From positions 1,866,516 through 1,930,515 of the forward strand of contig NMRA01000010.1 of NCBI GenBank assembly GCA_002633005.1: DNA of 64,000 nucleotides. Reading direction: 5' to 3'. The notes beneath the pieces are model-generated. The model worked only from the letters and a program-made list of their open reading frames with translations, was not told the DNA's origin and made no database searches. The DNA is from Phoronis australis (lineage: Eukaryota > Animalia > Phoronida). Position 1 is the first letter of the stretch; every line of letters begins with the position of its first letter. Positions 26,804 to 38,400 of the stretch are shown piece by piece. The translations under genes were made by a program, and so were the position numbers.

Positions 26804-27017
26804 CATGCGAATGAGCCCCCCACGTCCGCCTCAGAGAAACGAAAAGTACGAGAAAATGAGACAAAAAGTCCAATAAAAAGGCGCAAACGCTCGATTCACA
26901 GCTTTGGACGTGATACCCCGTTTTTTTAGTCCATCGGCTATATTGTCATAGGTAAAAGGTCCACATAGTCGAAAATTCGAGCCCCTTCCCCCCTATTAAA
27001 GGCTGGGTGCGCGCATG
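26804..27017. mobile_element. MITE family A copy
   Basis: CATGCG ... GGCTGGGTGCGCGCATG; flanks TAGAA/TATAA. Confidence 0.75.
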
Positions 27018-27284
27018 TATAAAAATGTTTCATGTGATAACTGATTCAATCATCTCCAACCCCTGTCCATGGTGTCCGGGGGCTGTAGGCCCCCATTTTT
27101 TCACTGAGTGCTACTACGCCGCACATGGTCTATAGGTGGTGCACCACAGGGGGGCTTAGGGGGCTTTAGCCCCCCCCCACTTTTTTCAGTGCTGCGCCGC
27201 CCATGTACATGTGTCGAGTATGCCAGGCGCCGACATTTGTCAAATTTTTGACTTCCGATCGAGGTGACCACCAAATCAAGTTGC

Positions 27285-27820
27285 ATTTCCATTCGTAACA
27301 TTGAAAATAATCGACGTCGTTGCGCAGCTATAGCCGGCCCGACCAGCGTCATCGATGTTGAGATGCAGTGTACTAAGTTTTCATTGTGACCACAATGTGT
27401 GAAAATGAGAGTGGCGGATTTAGGGAGGGGGGGAGCAAGGGGGCCATGCCCCCCCTAAAATTCTCCCGAATTGCTGAGTAGCATATGCGCGCGCCCAGGG
27501 GGGCTCGTGGGGCGAATGCACCAAAAAGGCAATTCATAGGTCTTGATCAAACCCCGTCTACCGTTTTTTTTTAGTTATAAGGTCCACAAGACAAACCCAA
27601 AAATTCGAGACCCCTGCATCCCTAAATTTTAGGCTGGGCTCGCACATGTGGCGAAATTCTGGTTATTCCTGTGCCTTATCTCCCCAACTCAAAATCCTGG
27701 ATCCGCCGCTGGGTGACATGCTCAGAAAGGTAACTTGAAGGACACTCACATAACACACAACACTCATTTGATGTGTTCAGCCCTTGTGTTTAATTGTTTC
27801 AGTACAAACTTTATTACAGG
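27285..27820 (+). pseudogene. Decayed duplicate of CFAP69 exon 11 with flanking intron, split by nested MITEs
   Basis: GATGTTGAGATGCAGTGT...TTCATTGTGACCACAATGTGTGAA [MITE] GGTGACATGCTCAGAAAG|GTA...ATTTGATGTGTTCAG aligns to 7487-7730. Confidence 0.8.
27409..27711. mobile_element. MITE family B copy with a family A MITE nested inside it (about 27484-27648)
   Basis: Outer ends AGTGGCGGATTTAG ... CTGGATCCGCCGCTG; inner ends ATGCGCGCGCCCAG ... CTGGGCTCGCACATG. Confidence 0.75.
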
Positions 27821-28071
27821 ATACAAAACTCGGTATTAGTCAATTAACAGATATCCATAAAACGGTCTCGCCATCTAGTTCTCTGAAACTAAATAATGCT
27901 CTGTAACTTTTGACAACCTTCAAATGTTTCGAGCAAAATTTTTTGCATTTTGCGAAGTTTGCTAAACGGCAAGTTGCACTGAGGACAACTCAGTAGCGGG
28001 GAGAGACTCTACCCCGAGTATCCAGAGCCGTACAATTCCATCTGTGACAAAGACTGCGTGAGTTTTTATTT

Positions 28072-28270
28072 CAGGGTGTTCCATCGAATCAGGAACGCCG
28101 GTGTAAAACATATCCCAGAGTCGAAAACAGACTCCCGCACCTTCAAAACAGCAAACTGGCCAGAAAAACACGAAGTCCGACCTTTAAAACAGAAATTCTA
28201 GGGATCGGACATAAAACCAGGACAGTTTTTCAATTTTCCGGAGACCGTTGTCAGTAGCCTCAAACTTTGA
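28072..28270 (+). repeat. Solo end of the element family at 22839-23698
   Basis: Aligns over about 200 bp to the reverse complement of 23495-23698. Confidence 0.75.
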
Positions 28271-29199
28271 ATTAAAGAGAAATGGAACGCGAAATCTCGT
28301 CAAAATATCTTTGAAACAATTCTTGGCGAAATTACCATCTCACTTTCTTCTGTGACGAAATTTCCAGAAAAAATCACAAAATTCACGATTTTTAAATATG
28401 TGCGAAGGACAAACTATGGTTACCACGGAGTTTCTAATCTCTCTTCCACTTATGATACATGCGCGAAAACAATCACAGTCAGTCGCTAGACGTCAAAGGT
28501 CACATTTTCCGTGTAAGGGAAATGTCCTATGTCTGTGTCTTGCCATACCAAATAAGGAGACGTGGTTTGCCTTGAAGGAGAAAAAACGACGAAGTGGCAA
28601 TTTGAAACTAAAAGAAAACGCTTTGGTATCAACAGAAATTAAAAATCTTCACGAACAAACCATAAAATACCTGGTGAGCATGTTGAAATCTGTTTCAGTG
28701 GCACTTTCAATATTACAATTTAGCCTGTTTATCGCGTTCCAGGCATCTTTAAAGCATCTTCAAGTACTTTCCACTTGTTTTCTGCATTTGTTTGTTAGAA
28801 ATTGTAATAAAGAATAAATTACATTATATTGACTTTGTTATTTGATTTTTATTGGTAATACTGGTGAAACCTGTTTGTACTAGGTGAATTTCAACATAAT
28901 CTGTACTCTCAACACGTTGTTATCTCTGTGAATATTTAGTTGGTTTCAGATTATTCAATAGTTTTTCCAAAAATATTTTCAAAGAGGAAAATTTTATTTC
29001 GACTTTCGAGTGCCACTGTTGATATGTAAGCAACTTTGTGGAAGAAGAACAGTTGGTTGAAGAATTGGAGGAAAAACTGGCCAATATTTCTTGAAGCTGA
29101 AAGCCGACGCAAAAGACCGCACCACAACTATAGCAGCAGAATAACGTAGAACGCCAATCCGTCATAAGTTGTCTAAAATTCCCATGTAGTAAAACAACA

Positions 29200-30560
29200 T
29201 ACCACAACATGTATTTAAACAGGAAGATTTATTTTTCATCAAACAATGTTTGACAGAATGTGCGAGAGGGGTGTTTTGGTACCCGGGTGTCCGAAATACA
29301 TTCCAGAGAAACAAGCCGGGTTTCGCACAGGATATTCTGCAAGAGACCAACATTTTTACACCATTAACAGAAATACTTAACAAAACGACGAGGAAAAGAT
29401 TACTGCGCACTCCTTTTTGAGCTGTTAGATAGTATGATTCTACCAACTTTAAGCTATGGTGTAGAGGTTTGGGGTGTCTCAACTGTCAATTTTATAGAGA
29501 GTGTTCATAACGATTTCTTCAGGTACGCCTTGCTACTAAACAAAAGAGACGTCAAATGTCAGGGCTAGGGGGCGAGTGTGGTAGCAACATGTATACTTAC
29601 TTATACGTTAAAACTGGACAAGGCTGGTTCATGAGCCTCATACATGACCCAGGAAGCCGACGAGTCCGTGACCCGTGTTTATGGGCATGCTATCGGAGTG
29701 AGCCGTGTTTGGCGGTCCGTTAACCGTGTTACTTCGTGAACGCGAGTCCGTGTCCCGTGTATTTAGGTGACTGGGTCGTGTTTTGCGAGTCCGTTCCCGT
29801 GTTTTCGAGTGAGTGAACGGTGTTAGCAGGTACCCAAGTCGTGATCATGCGTCCGTGACCGTGTTTATGAGTCCGTTAACCGTGTAATTTAGGTACCTGA
29901 GTCGTCATAGATACATCCAATTCAGTGTTACAATGTGTTGCGACAACAATGCGAGGACGGCGGCTGACACAAGAGGACATATTCCGTAAAATGCTACTGT
30001 ACACTAGATGGTGTACACCCACGGGTTTGGGAAGGTATGGTTATGGGTGATGTATACTTTATTCCATTGAGAATTTCTTCTGTAATTCGTAATTCGACTA
30101 AATATCAATTCAGTTGTTCAATTAAAACGGAACTACAGTGCGAAAAATACCTGTACACTTTAGATTGACTCCTATCGAGGAAAACAATTGCTGGTTTTGG
30201 GTGCTCACTGTGTATCGGCAATCTTAACATTTGAAACAGGGCGGCACGCAGGTCTAACCGAGGATGAGAGAATTTGTGGAATTTGCAGTACTGGTCAAAT
30301 TGAAAACGAGTAACATTTTAGGTGTCATTGCCCTGTCCCGATGTGCGCGGAAATAATTTTATGCTGACGAATACGACCTCAAACATGATAGATTCTAGAG
30401 TACTCAGGTTATTTTAAAGTCACGATCTTCGTGAACTGATAAACCTGGCGTTGTATATTTTAAGAGCAACTGTGCTAAGAAATGGAATTTTATCATGACT
30501 GCAAAGACGAAACGTAAATTGTATTACCAGGCCAAGGCCTACATACAATAAACATTTCTG
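29200..30560 (+). mobile_element. Decayed non-LTR retrotransposon (RTE/RTEX-like LINE), internally deleted and interrupted
   Basis: Conceptual translation gives the RT motif IPEKQAGFRTGYS (about 29300) and LFELLDSMILPTLSYGVEVWG...IESVH (29412-29510). It also gives a C-terminal ETGRH...ERICGIC...IENE*HF..HCP Cys/His motif (30235-30335) and an AATAAA near 30548. Stops and frameshifts are present. Confidence 0.8.
29661..29886. repeat. Degenerate array of GAGTCCGTKNMCCGTGT units inside an insertion that interrupts the LINE
   Basis: About nine imperfect copies of a CCGTGT-containing motif; resembles the subterminal repeats of a DNA element. Confidence 0.6.
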
Positions 30561-32466
30561 ATTCAGACACGTCTGAGCATGAACTTCGCAAGATGTGGCG
30601 CTAGTAACCATTTAATAAGTCCAGTTTGCCTTCTCAGTTCTGTTTTTCCCTGGTGATTTCCAACATAATTCATGCCCGTGAGTTCAGGAGGAAATCCTTC
30701 TCAATTTGATATACATGAATGTATATGCACAAGCAAAACCAGGCGAAAGCGGCCTGAGAGAACCTTCTCTTCTCTCCAGTGGATACTGTCATTCATTAAT
30801 TTACAAAGAAGTGAACAAAAAGAGTAGACAACAAGATAGAAACACAAGACCGTTGATATCAATTGCACATGTGCATTTATGCGAATACAAAATTCATAAC
30901 CATCATAATATTAGATATACAATCACTCTCACCTAATGAAATAAATATATTTAAACAATAGCATAGAAGTTGAAATAAAAATATACAACAGGTCAGCCTG
31001 ACCTCTTTAGTAAAATATAAAATGTCGCACTAAGTTAACCAAACTAGAAATGGTCAAACTCCACTCTAATTACACTATTTTACTCGCCACGAATTATCGT
31101 ATTCTCACAATCAACATTTCTTCAAGATTACAAAAAGCATTTCAGTCCTTGCAAAAGTATGTTGACTTTGCATAGATATCAACCCCTTTCAAGACACTCG
31201 TAACTTATGAACGTTCACAGAACTAGGGGTATAAAATTAACACGATTCGGTCAACTTATTGACACTAGGTCCATCAAAATTTCCCGACTCTCTTCCTTGA
31301 CGAAGTGTTAAACAAGACATATTAAAATTGAATTAGTCACCAGTAGGGACACATCCGTAAACCAGCAAACGATGATCACCCCCGGGTGACCATGTCAGAA
31401 CTGTGAACTTAATTTACTTCGGAGTGTTAAAACGAAATCTGACTAAATGAAACCTGGTAATCCCCCCTCTTAAAATTTGGGCACTAACATGACAAAGCTT
31501 AGGTGAAGTTCATTCCTTTTTTCTACGGCAATTGATTCTCTACGGGCGTCTCCCTTTACTGTTTAAATAAACAACAAACTTCTGAAAAAGGCTTACATGG
31601 ATATAAGAAATCTACTAATATCCACTAATTACTCTGTTTAAGTTGACCACTGAAACAACCAAGTTTGTCACATCACAAGACAGCGCCACAAACACAGCAT
31701 CGGAGCTGAGCTATTATTGCTAACAGAACGGTCAATTGCTTTATTAAAACGAACCCAGAGTAGACAAGTCAATTCTCCCACTTGACTGTCAGTCTGCCTG
31801 ATAGCTGGGACAGTGGACTTCTTAACAGTACCATCACCTAGTCTGAAATACAGGCAATAGGAGACTTTCAAATGGCAATAAGGCGACTGGTCACGTGGGA
31901 TCAGATACCAGTGCCCTCTAGAGGTCTAGGAGGCACTCTACAACTGTTGTTTAAGACACATCACGTCCAATCACATTCAACGTAAAAGGATTCTTCACAA
32001 AGTCAAACTGTTCTCCTATACCCGCTGCAAAGACAAAGTAACTCCAGGTTCAGCTAGGTGGGATATGAGTCATCGTACCACGTGATAAGTCCCCATGGCT
32101 GGGTGAAAGTCTCCCATTGAACTAAGCAGATTTCTTAACCACAACACCACTATTTCAATCTCACATTTTCTCTGTTGCAGTGATCAGCAGAAACAAAAAC
32201 TGAATTATGTGGATAAGCAGCAGGGGAAGTAGACGAAACCTGTAGCAACAAGCTGGTTTTTAAAATACAGGCTTTCAACTAAAATCATACATTTAAAAAC
32301 AGTGGAGATCAACAAACAGAGGTCTCAAAATCAAACCACCTATGGCTAAGTTTGAAACAAAAACAGCAGTAAATGCAAAGGTCACACTTTGGCAACTATT
32401 GAACTTCATGACCATGGGTCATTTTATTTTTTTAACCTATGACCTCTGATGCAACACTGACCCAAG

Positions 32467-35400
32467 CTATATTCGTGACTCTATAACTGGCACCTCAGCT
32501 GGACGTGATGTGTGACTGGGGCCGCTGTCAAAAATATTCCTTGCTGATGTCCCTGCCGGTACATCCATGTCACCAGCCTTCAACCTCTGCTGTTCCATCC
32601 AAGTCTTCATACTCGTCATTTCATTCTTACTGTCGCTCTTGACTGCAGGCTGCAGTCGTTCCCACGCCGACAACTGCGTGACGTCTGCTTCAGGCGACTG
32701 GTTGTTTAGAAAGTCCTTAAACTGATCGAAATCTTTCATTCCGCCCACTGTGTGTCGCCGGCGCAGCTCCTTACGCTTATTCCGCCGTCGAACAACGCCA
32801 CCTTTGCCACCACTCCCTTCTATGCTGGCCACCTCCGGACTACTACTGTCCAATTTATCGATTTTACTTCCTGGGGAACTAGAACTTAAATTGTCCGCCA
32901 CACTGCTAATATCACCAGAAACTCTCCTATCACTCTTTAGCTCAAATCTAGACGCAATGCCTACTTTTGGATTTGACCTAGGTAGACGGTGCAAGCTGGG
33001 GTCTTTGAATGTCTCGAGAACGCCAATGGCAGATTTCGACTTGCGCAGCCCCCTATCTAAATCAACATCAGAAGTAGCGCCACTAGACTTTCTGGTTCTC
33101 ACCACATCCAGAGAGTACTTAGGGTTGACTAGAACCTGTAGTTTCTGATCAAATGTGGCTGTGATGCTGTGCAGCAAATCATGGCCATCTTCCGATGTAC
33201 TGGACGCGTATGAGCACCTTTTGGCAAGGTCAGGGTCGTAGAAATCGCGTAGCGAATCCAAAGACCCTCGCCTCCTGTGGCCAGACCCAACGCGGACAAA
33301 TGGAGAGTGAGGTCTCTCCTCAGTATTGTTTTTCTGCACGAGGGATGAGCTACGTGTCTCACTCCATTTTCTCGCTTTCACGTGACCAACAGGCAAATTT
33401 TCAAATATGGCGCGGCTGTGCTCCATAGAGTTCCGACGCACTGTTCGGGTGCCCTCTAGGGCGGTGTTCATTGTGCTACTTGCTGATCGACGATACGCTA
33501 GCAGGGGTGCCTTTTTCTCTTCAAAGGCGTGAATGCGACTCGCTACAGACGGACCACTAGTGTAAAGTGACAAGTGCGTTTTTCCATATGGTTTCTGCCC
33601 CTCACCTGGACTTTTATCAGCTTGAACTTTGGTGCTGGTAAAACCACTACTTAAAGGTCTTGATGCCTCTTTAGGAGAACGGTAATCACTCGACGAGTTA
33701 GCATTCTTCGTAATGTCGCTCAGTTTCAGTCGCTTTTCATGACTACCAGTTGGAGAGGTGCTGCTGGAGTAATCTGATGCACTCTGCTTGCGCACCGTCG
33801 CCACGGCAACAGTCTTTCCCTCAAGGTTTGAGGAAGATGTCGTGGAATAATCTGACGTGACTGATGACGAATCGCCATGGCTAAGATCGTTAATTTTACT
33901 TGTGATATCCGATATCTTAAGTGCTAACGGGCTGGGCCCGGCATCTATATCTTCTAGACTGATGTCATCGTCGCACTCGAGCTCGCGTCGTGTTCGCTGC
34001 AGCTCTTCTTCGATCTTGCGACGCTCCTGGTCGCGTCGCTCTTGCTCCCTCTGTTGTTCGGCTTCCTTTGCCCGCAGGATCTTCGCCTCATATTCGAGCC
34101 GGCGCGAGCGCTCATGGCTATTATTGGTAGTACCGCGACCACCGAAATACATCACCTCAACGTCATGCTGATCAGGTAAGGAGTCGCCTCGACTAGATAC
34201 CACCTGACTACTACTTTCCGCGAATTGATTGTTAGTTCGTGACGGAGGGTGCATATAATTGCTCTTATCTACCGTCAATGCAACAGTTGGCTGGTTTGGT
34301 TTAAGCGAGCTGGAGTTCCCAGCAGGCTCATCAGCTGCAGAATCCAGTCCTTTGGACCAACTACCCTGTGTGTAATCCTTTTGGAAGGCTGAGAGTACCT
34401 CAGACAGTATACTGTCTGTCTGACGGGATTCTGACGAATCAGAAAAGTCTGTCGTTGACGATGGTATGTCTGACCGAGTACTACTCGGTGCATCATCCAG
34501 CTTACTATCTGTGGCAGCGAGGTCGCTACTGTCACTCTCTCTAGACCCGCTCACGTGATTGTGTATCTTAAGACGACGTGCCGCCACGATTTCATCTATG
34601 TTCCGTTCCTCAAACCCACATTCTCCACTGGCGTCTAAATCAACTGCTCCCTTTTTGTCCTTGTCTTTCTTCTTGATTTTTTTGTTCGCCGCTTGTATGA
34701 TGGAGGTGACTATGTCCTTGCGACTAACCGTCGTTGTGTTGGGGGGATCTGGAATGAAATAAAACAACTGAGCTGAGATGGAATTAATGCATGTCAAACT
34801 AGGTGTACCCTACTGTCCTGCTCTAATAAACACACTTGTTAGGAAAGTGATCAAGCAAAATGCTCGTTGCAGCTATCACGATAAACCAAAGTCAGAAATT
34901 AATATATTACTGCTTAAATAAATTCTAGCCATAAGTTGCCTGCTGCATTGTCCAGCCTGGGTTTCCATGTCAACTGAACCTTTTTTTACAAGTTAAAGCT
35001 CTCAATTCGACAAACTTTTGAGAGCCAGGGGGACTTATTAGGATAAATACAGCAGCCTAGTTTAAACACTACAATCACATTAAATTGAAAAATATCTAAT
35101 TATTACACCATACATTGTCTCTACTTTACACCATCATTGATAACGTTTTTGATGAAACTTTAATTACAAGGAAGAAGAAGTCAGAATGTGCCTCCTTACT
35201 AAAGCAATCATTTTAATCTATTAATTGCAGTATTTTTCATGAAAACAAGGTGATTGTTACATCGACGTACTTCATCTATGTTTGTATAATTTTGCATGCA
35301 GTGTCCCAAAAAACTACCCATACTTCAAACGACTATAACTGCATAGTTTGTTGACTTAGGAACAAGATTACTCATTTAAATTCCCAAAGAGGTGATCAAA

Positions 35401-38400
35401 AACAAAATACACCTAAACTAATGCAATGTTTTTCAACTTAACACCAAAAAACAACTGTTCTGGAGAACAAAACTTTAGTGCGCAATAGTACTGTATATTA
35501 AGGAAGTGATACGACGATTATAGAAATACAAGTTAATCCAACAACCACTGATTTTGTTTTGAAGACATTATTTATCACCTTTTTATAAATTCAAACTGGC
35601 AATCATTTTCTTAAGACAATAAACTACTTGGTTTGTTTCCGGTCTGTCTGTATCCTCACACCCGCCCATATCAATTTCAGCCAAGGTCCAGTGCTTTTGT
35701 TTGAAAAGTAGCACTAAGATCAAGCATTGCTTTTGCTCATCCTGGGTGAACAGCTAAATAAAATAACACGCCACCAGCTCTTGTAAAAAAACAGACCAGA
35801 ACACTCTGCTCTTTTCTGCCTTAAATCTCATGAATTTCTGACAATGTCAAAAACAACCTTTTTAATGTTTCAGTGCCTCTAACTTTGTAGTAGATGCAGA
35901 ATATTTTTTTCCAAAATATCATCTGTTGGTAATTATGTTACACAACTCAAATTTGTGATGATCCTGCTATTTTGCTATGGTCACATGACCTAATTGATGG
36001 CAGGTTGGTATAAAGTCAAAAATCAAATTCCGCAGAATTTTTACTTTCAGAAAATTCAACTTTCACAGAGATAAATTCAGCAGTTTTGCAGATATTTGGC
36101 CAAATCTACAAGCTTGCAGATAAGGTCCCCCACCACCTTAATGGTCCTGGTGTCAAGTACTAGCTGTCCCTACCCTCATGTCTAGGGCCTGGTGCTAAGT
36201 ACTAGCTGTCCCTACCCTCATGTCTAGCCTGCGGCAGAGAACTGGAACCAGTTTAGTAACAGTAAGAGACTTGTGTCAAAACATATTTCTTACGGTGCGT
36301 TCAAAGCAGCTACTTGACCACCAACGAGAGCTATATACTGCAGCAAGCTAGTTTGTTAATAAACAACTAACGCAGTAGTTTTCAGAACAACACAGCAACA
36401 ACAGCAACTCAATAAACAGTGCATACTGTACAAGCACTAGTGTGCAATATCTAACTATCCAACTAAGTGTTCATGTAGTGTTTTAGTTTTGTCCAAGGCT
36501 TGGTTAATGACTTCTGCGACTTCTGGTTCACAAATTCGCTGATGACTTATCAATATCATTCATCGCATTACACTTCAGTGTCAACAAGACCTAGTAATTG
36601 TAACGTAATTGGTCTCCACACAGTCTCAATGGTCTGTAACCAGTTGTCAAGTCTAATTTAAAGAAGTGAAGTTAACAATGACGAGACCTTTCTTCTATAT
36701 TGGTCGATATTTTTCCAAACAGATCGCAGGCCATTCAAAGGTGTTGCAGTAGCCCGCACATAGAGACTACTGCAGCCTTAGTTACATTCCAAAGCAATGT
36801 AATCCAATCATTATCTTTTATTTTAACTTATATAACTTGGAGTTTTCCCAATGATAAAACTGCCCAGGCGACTAAGACTAACCCGCTGTATCGGTAACTT
36901 AGTGGGCGTGGTCTAAAGCTCTAACGAATTTTCAATTGTTCTTTCAACACTAGAAATCAGTTTTAATCTAAGAGAGGCAAGACGAGATTGATTTTGTAAC
37001 ATCAAGTGTTCTAAATGAAAAACTGTTTAACAGTTGTTTGACATAAGGCGCAGGTTTACTGCAAATTTAAGTAATGGAAAACTGGGTCCTTTAATTTGTG
37101 TGAAATAATAAAACAACACCAGGCACACACAACAGACAACATACCAACTAGTTAATTGGCATACAAATGGAGAATGTACATATAACGAGTGGCAAATTTC
37201 TCTAGGTCATCCTCTGCTATTTGTCCTACAAACAACAATGTTGAACATTGGTTCATAACCGAGTGAACGACGCGCTAAAACTGGCAGACCATCAGGCAGT
37301 AAACCGCCAGACTACAACGGTCCGCGCCAACATCACAAACTAACAACCCGGATAACATCCAGGTCCAATTTTGAGTTTCTGCCAAGAAATGCATGTTCAT
37401 AAGACGCAAAAAATGGTTCATAGTGTGTACAAACAAGCATCCAGTAACAGGAACCCAATAACTAAGAAAATTCGTAACAGCTAGAAATAATGCAGCCAGC
37501 TTGCTATTACTTAAGTGCGACAAGCTCCAAAATGGTTACAGGCAATCAGCTATGAAGCGAACTCAAACACTGCACAATTAAGTAGCCTCCACACACATTA
37601 AGTGTATTTTTCCATATTACCTAATTATGCTTGTTAAGTTACCATGACCAGAGTCGACAATCTCACCACATTCTCACTAACGGGTCATTTTAGGAACTAT
37701 GTGGACATTTTCCTCAAGAAATTGTGTTTTGGCCCCCTTACAACATCCAAGATTTGACAGTACCACATTGGTGTACTTGTTAAAACAGCACTCATTAATT
37801 CCTGTTTTTTCACAGGCAACACAATCTTGATACCATGTAGCAAATCCGTCTGCCTACTACAACAGGGAACATACACGACTCATCAGGGAACATACACGAC
37901 TCATCAGGGAACATAAACGACTCATGAGAGAAAATGCGTATGAGCTGAACTCTGGCTATGAGAAACAGAGCTCAAGAAATGAGAAGTCTGTTTACGAGAC
38001 GACAGTACAATGTGTGAGGGAGGAAGGTTGTCCAACGAGCCCATGTGATCAGCTCACACACCAATGACAGACAGCAATCACGGCTGCCGCTGATGTAAAG
38101 TGACGACAGGTTGAAGAATATGTCACTCACCTGATTCCTCGATCTTGGCCATCTTGGTTAGAATGTCATTCATGCCGCTGACAGGGCTGGACGTGCCGCC
38201 GTTCTCATCGTCAATGGGAACGTTGATGTCGCTGTCCCACGAGGCGAATATCCAGTCACACTGACAAAAAGAAGTTATACGTGACCATAAGAGCGACGCC
38301 ATTGGTTAATGTGAGAGTTGAAAGCACTGACAAAAGAGCGTAATGGAAGTTTGACATGATACAAAAACAAATTAAGGTACAAATGTTTAAGCCAAAAACA

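Noticed and set aside
29661-29886. CRISPR-like repeat array
   Set aside because: Eukaryotic context, degenerate repeats with irregular spacing, and no cas genes.
32750-34762. Antisense ORFs overlapping the large RhoGAP terminal exon (and similar ones over WFS1)
   Set aside because: Shadow ORFs arising from codon bias of the real minus-strand CDS.
36294-36337. 44-nt exon-like segment with a gtaaga donor
   Set aside because: It is frame-shifting and has no independent support.
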